In this document: positions 62,486 through 64,000 of the stretch, piece after piece
Numbering within the stretch: position 1 is the stretch's first letter
How the letters are laid out: each line of letters begins with the position of its first letter
Origin: Patescibacteria group bacterium
Lineage (GTDB): Bacteria > Patescibacteriota > Minisyncoccia > Phycocordibacterales > Phycocordibacteraceae
Length of the DNA: 64,000 nt
Reading direction: 5' to 3'
Assembly: GCA_019744845.1 (NCBI GenBank)
Contig: JAIETW010000001.1
Location: forward strand, 482,859-546,858
Position numbers and translations under genes: made by a program
The notes under the pieces: model-generated
Told to the model about the DNA's origin: nothing
What the model saw: the letters and a program-made list of their open reading frames with translations, nothing else
Database searches by the model: none

Positions 62486-64000
62486 TTATACTTCCTTCCA
62501 GAAAGTGAGCAGGCCTAGTATCCACCAAATGAAGGACCTTATCGCTTCTATGAAAAACTTGAAGACAGAATTCACTGCGTCGTAAACAGAAGCAGTTTGA
62601 CTTTGGTGTACTGGATCCTCTAGTTCTGTAGAGACTTCAATATCAAATGGTGTTGGAGAGAGTGCTTTCTTTATAGTAGGAACGACTGCTGAAGGTCCTA
62701 ACAAGTCGCCATCAGGCTGTGCTGCCTGGACTACAATTTCTGTGTTGGATTCTTCAGGTTTTCGTTCCGTCTGCATTACTCTAGAAGAGTGTTTGATAGG
62801 GGCTTCTATAAACGGAGTTTCATAAATAACCGTTTCATTTTCTTCAAAAGCAATTGTAATGTCAGTTTCTCCATCACCGTCTTCGTCTAACGATAATGGG
62901 GAAATGGAACTCGCATCATGATCAATTGTCGTAGAAGCATAAGTTCGGGGAGTTACTGGGAGATTTGTAATTACAGAAGCTTCATTTTTACTCTCAGAAT
63001 CTACAATTTTTATTGTAAATACACCGTCATCTATGCCGTATATAGAGACTTCGTATTCGTTGGTAGCAGGAGCAATTATATATTTACCCTCACCACCGAA
63101 TTTCACCGCTGAGTTTGGTATATCTTCTATAATGTAATAAAGGTCGCTGTCGGGGACTGGAAAGATTCCGGTCTTCTTTCCTTCTTTGTTTGTGAGGGAG
63201 ATAATTACTGGAGAATGCACGCTTACAGAAATAAGATCCTGTTCTACGTTCGGTTCTTGAGAAGAAAAAAGACTTTCGTTATAGGACTCTTTGGTTCCGA
63301 AAAGATACAAGAAATATTCATGGATTCGTGAGGATTCAGTAAGGTTTTCATGTTTCCGATATTCTTGGAAGTCGTTACTTAAACGGTAAAGATTAAAATA
63401 AACACCACTTTCCATAAAAAGAGCACTAGGTGCTACTACTGTGTCGTCACCAGTGAATGTTGTTATAGGTTCGTAATCTATTGTTTCATGGAGACCGCAA
63501 GAAAGAACTCCAGAAGGACATGAGTAGCTGCTTTCTGTGTAGTATTTAGCTCCAGTCACGGTTATGTTTCCCCAACCAGCAATTTCATTAATAGAAACGT
63601 CTTCGGGGGCTTCCCAGCTATCAAGCAAGACGTGAGTGTCCGCTGCTCGTGTGATCAAGGATAAAGAAAGAGGGTGTGGGGTTTCTTCATCATTTATAGC
63701 GGGAGGTGTCCTAGTGAATGGGTCATTCAACATAAACGCCAACGACATAAAAGAATCCTTTATTTCTTTCCCTAAAGCTGCCACATAGATGTCTGTTGCT
63801 GTTCCAGATTCAAATATTGCTAGGGGGTTAGAAAGAAGCGAAAAATATGAATCCGAAGGGAGTAGCGCATAAGCGCCCGGCATAGTCATTGCGCTCCGAC
63901 GTGCCTCTCCGTTAAGAGCAATATAGGGAGGAACGATATTATGTCCATGGAGAAGCCCTAGCATCCCTTGAGGAGTTCCTACCTGAGGAGTTCCGACGAG
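62486..64000 (-). CDS. Partial (5'-truncated) LCAT/PGAP1-like alpha/beta-hydrolase surface protein
   Basis: Frame open to window edge; LVGTPQVGTPQ, YALLPS, GDDTV, HENL; C-terminal HSPV and DEDGDG domain. Confidence 0.7.
   Translation of the reverse strand, partial: LVGTPQVGTPQGMLGLLHGHNIVPPYIALNGEARRSAMTMPGAYALLPSDSYFSLLSNPLAIFESGTATDIYVAALGKEIKDSFMSLAFMLNDPFTRTPPAINDEETPHPLSLSLITRAADTHVLLDSWEAPEDVSINEIAGWGNITVTGAKYYTESSYSCPSGVLSCGLHETIDYEPITTFTGDDTVVAPSALFMESGVYFNLYRLSNDFQEYRKHENLTESSRIHEYFLYLFGTKESYNESLFSSQEPNVEQDLISVSVHSPVIISLTNKEGKKTGIFPVPDSDLYYIIEDIPNSAVKFGGEGKYIIAPATNEYEVSIYGIDDGVFTIKIVDSESKNEASVITNLPVTPRTYASTTIDHDASSISPLSLDEDGDGETDITIAFEENETVIYETPFIEAPIKHSSRVMQTERKPEESNTEIVVQAAQPDGDLLGPSAVVPTIKKALSPTPFDIEVSTELEDPVHQSQTASVYDAVNSVFKFFIEAIRSFIWWILGLLTFWKEV

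Noticed and set aside
265-63112. Numerous short overlapping or antisense ORFs in the six-frame track
   Set aside because: They lie within confidently assigned genes and show no family motifs
1-64000. CRISPR array, rRNA, transposase, integrase or prophage genes
   Set aside because: No repeat-spacer periodicity or diagnostic motifs seen

Overview
Origin-proximal region of a small-genome bacterium. Gene content and order point to Patescibacteria/CPR, probably Parcubacteria: rpmH-dnaA-oriC-dnaN, type IV pilus genes, CPR-type pilin and surface proteins, rplK without rplA, an alpha2-type GlyRS, and an IleRS with an inserted domain. Most of the window is housekeeping: replication and repair, translation, eight tRNAs, peptidoglycan and a compact thymidylate cluster. 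The standout is a visibly AT-rich, integrase-less three-gene island (22714-26709) between two paralogous tRNA-Arg genes. It encodes a small basic protein behind a palindromic operator, a probable winged-helix protein, and a 939-aa GHKL/MORC-like ATPase fused at its C-terminus to a sigma70 region-4 HTH and an intact DnaA domain IV. I do not recognise this architecture from any characterised system. Other signals: pervasive leaderless promoter architecture, a symmetric bidirectional -10 between thyA and tmk, an unannotated ~60% acidic microprotein, a histidine-phosphatase insert and an HQGS motif in IleRS, tRNA-Arg(GCG), and strong TCGA avoidance. All calls are by-eye motif recognition; no searches were run.
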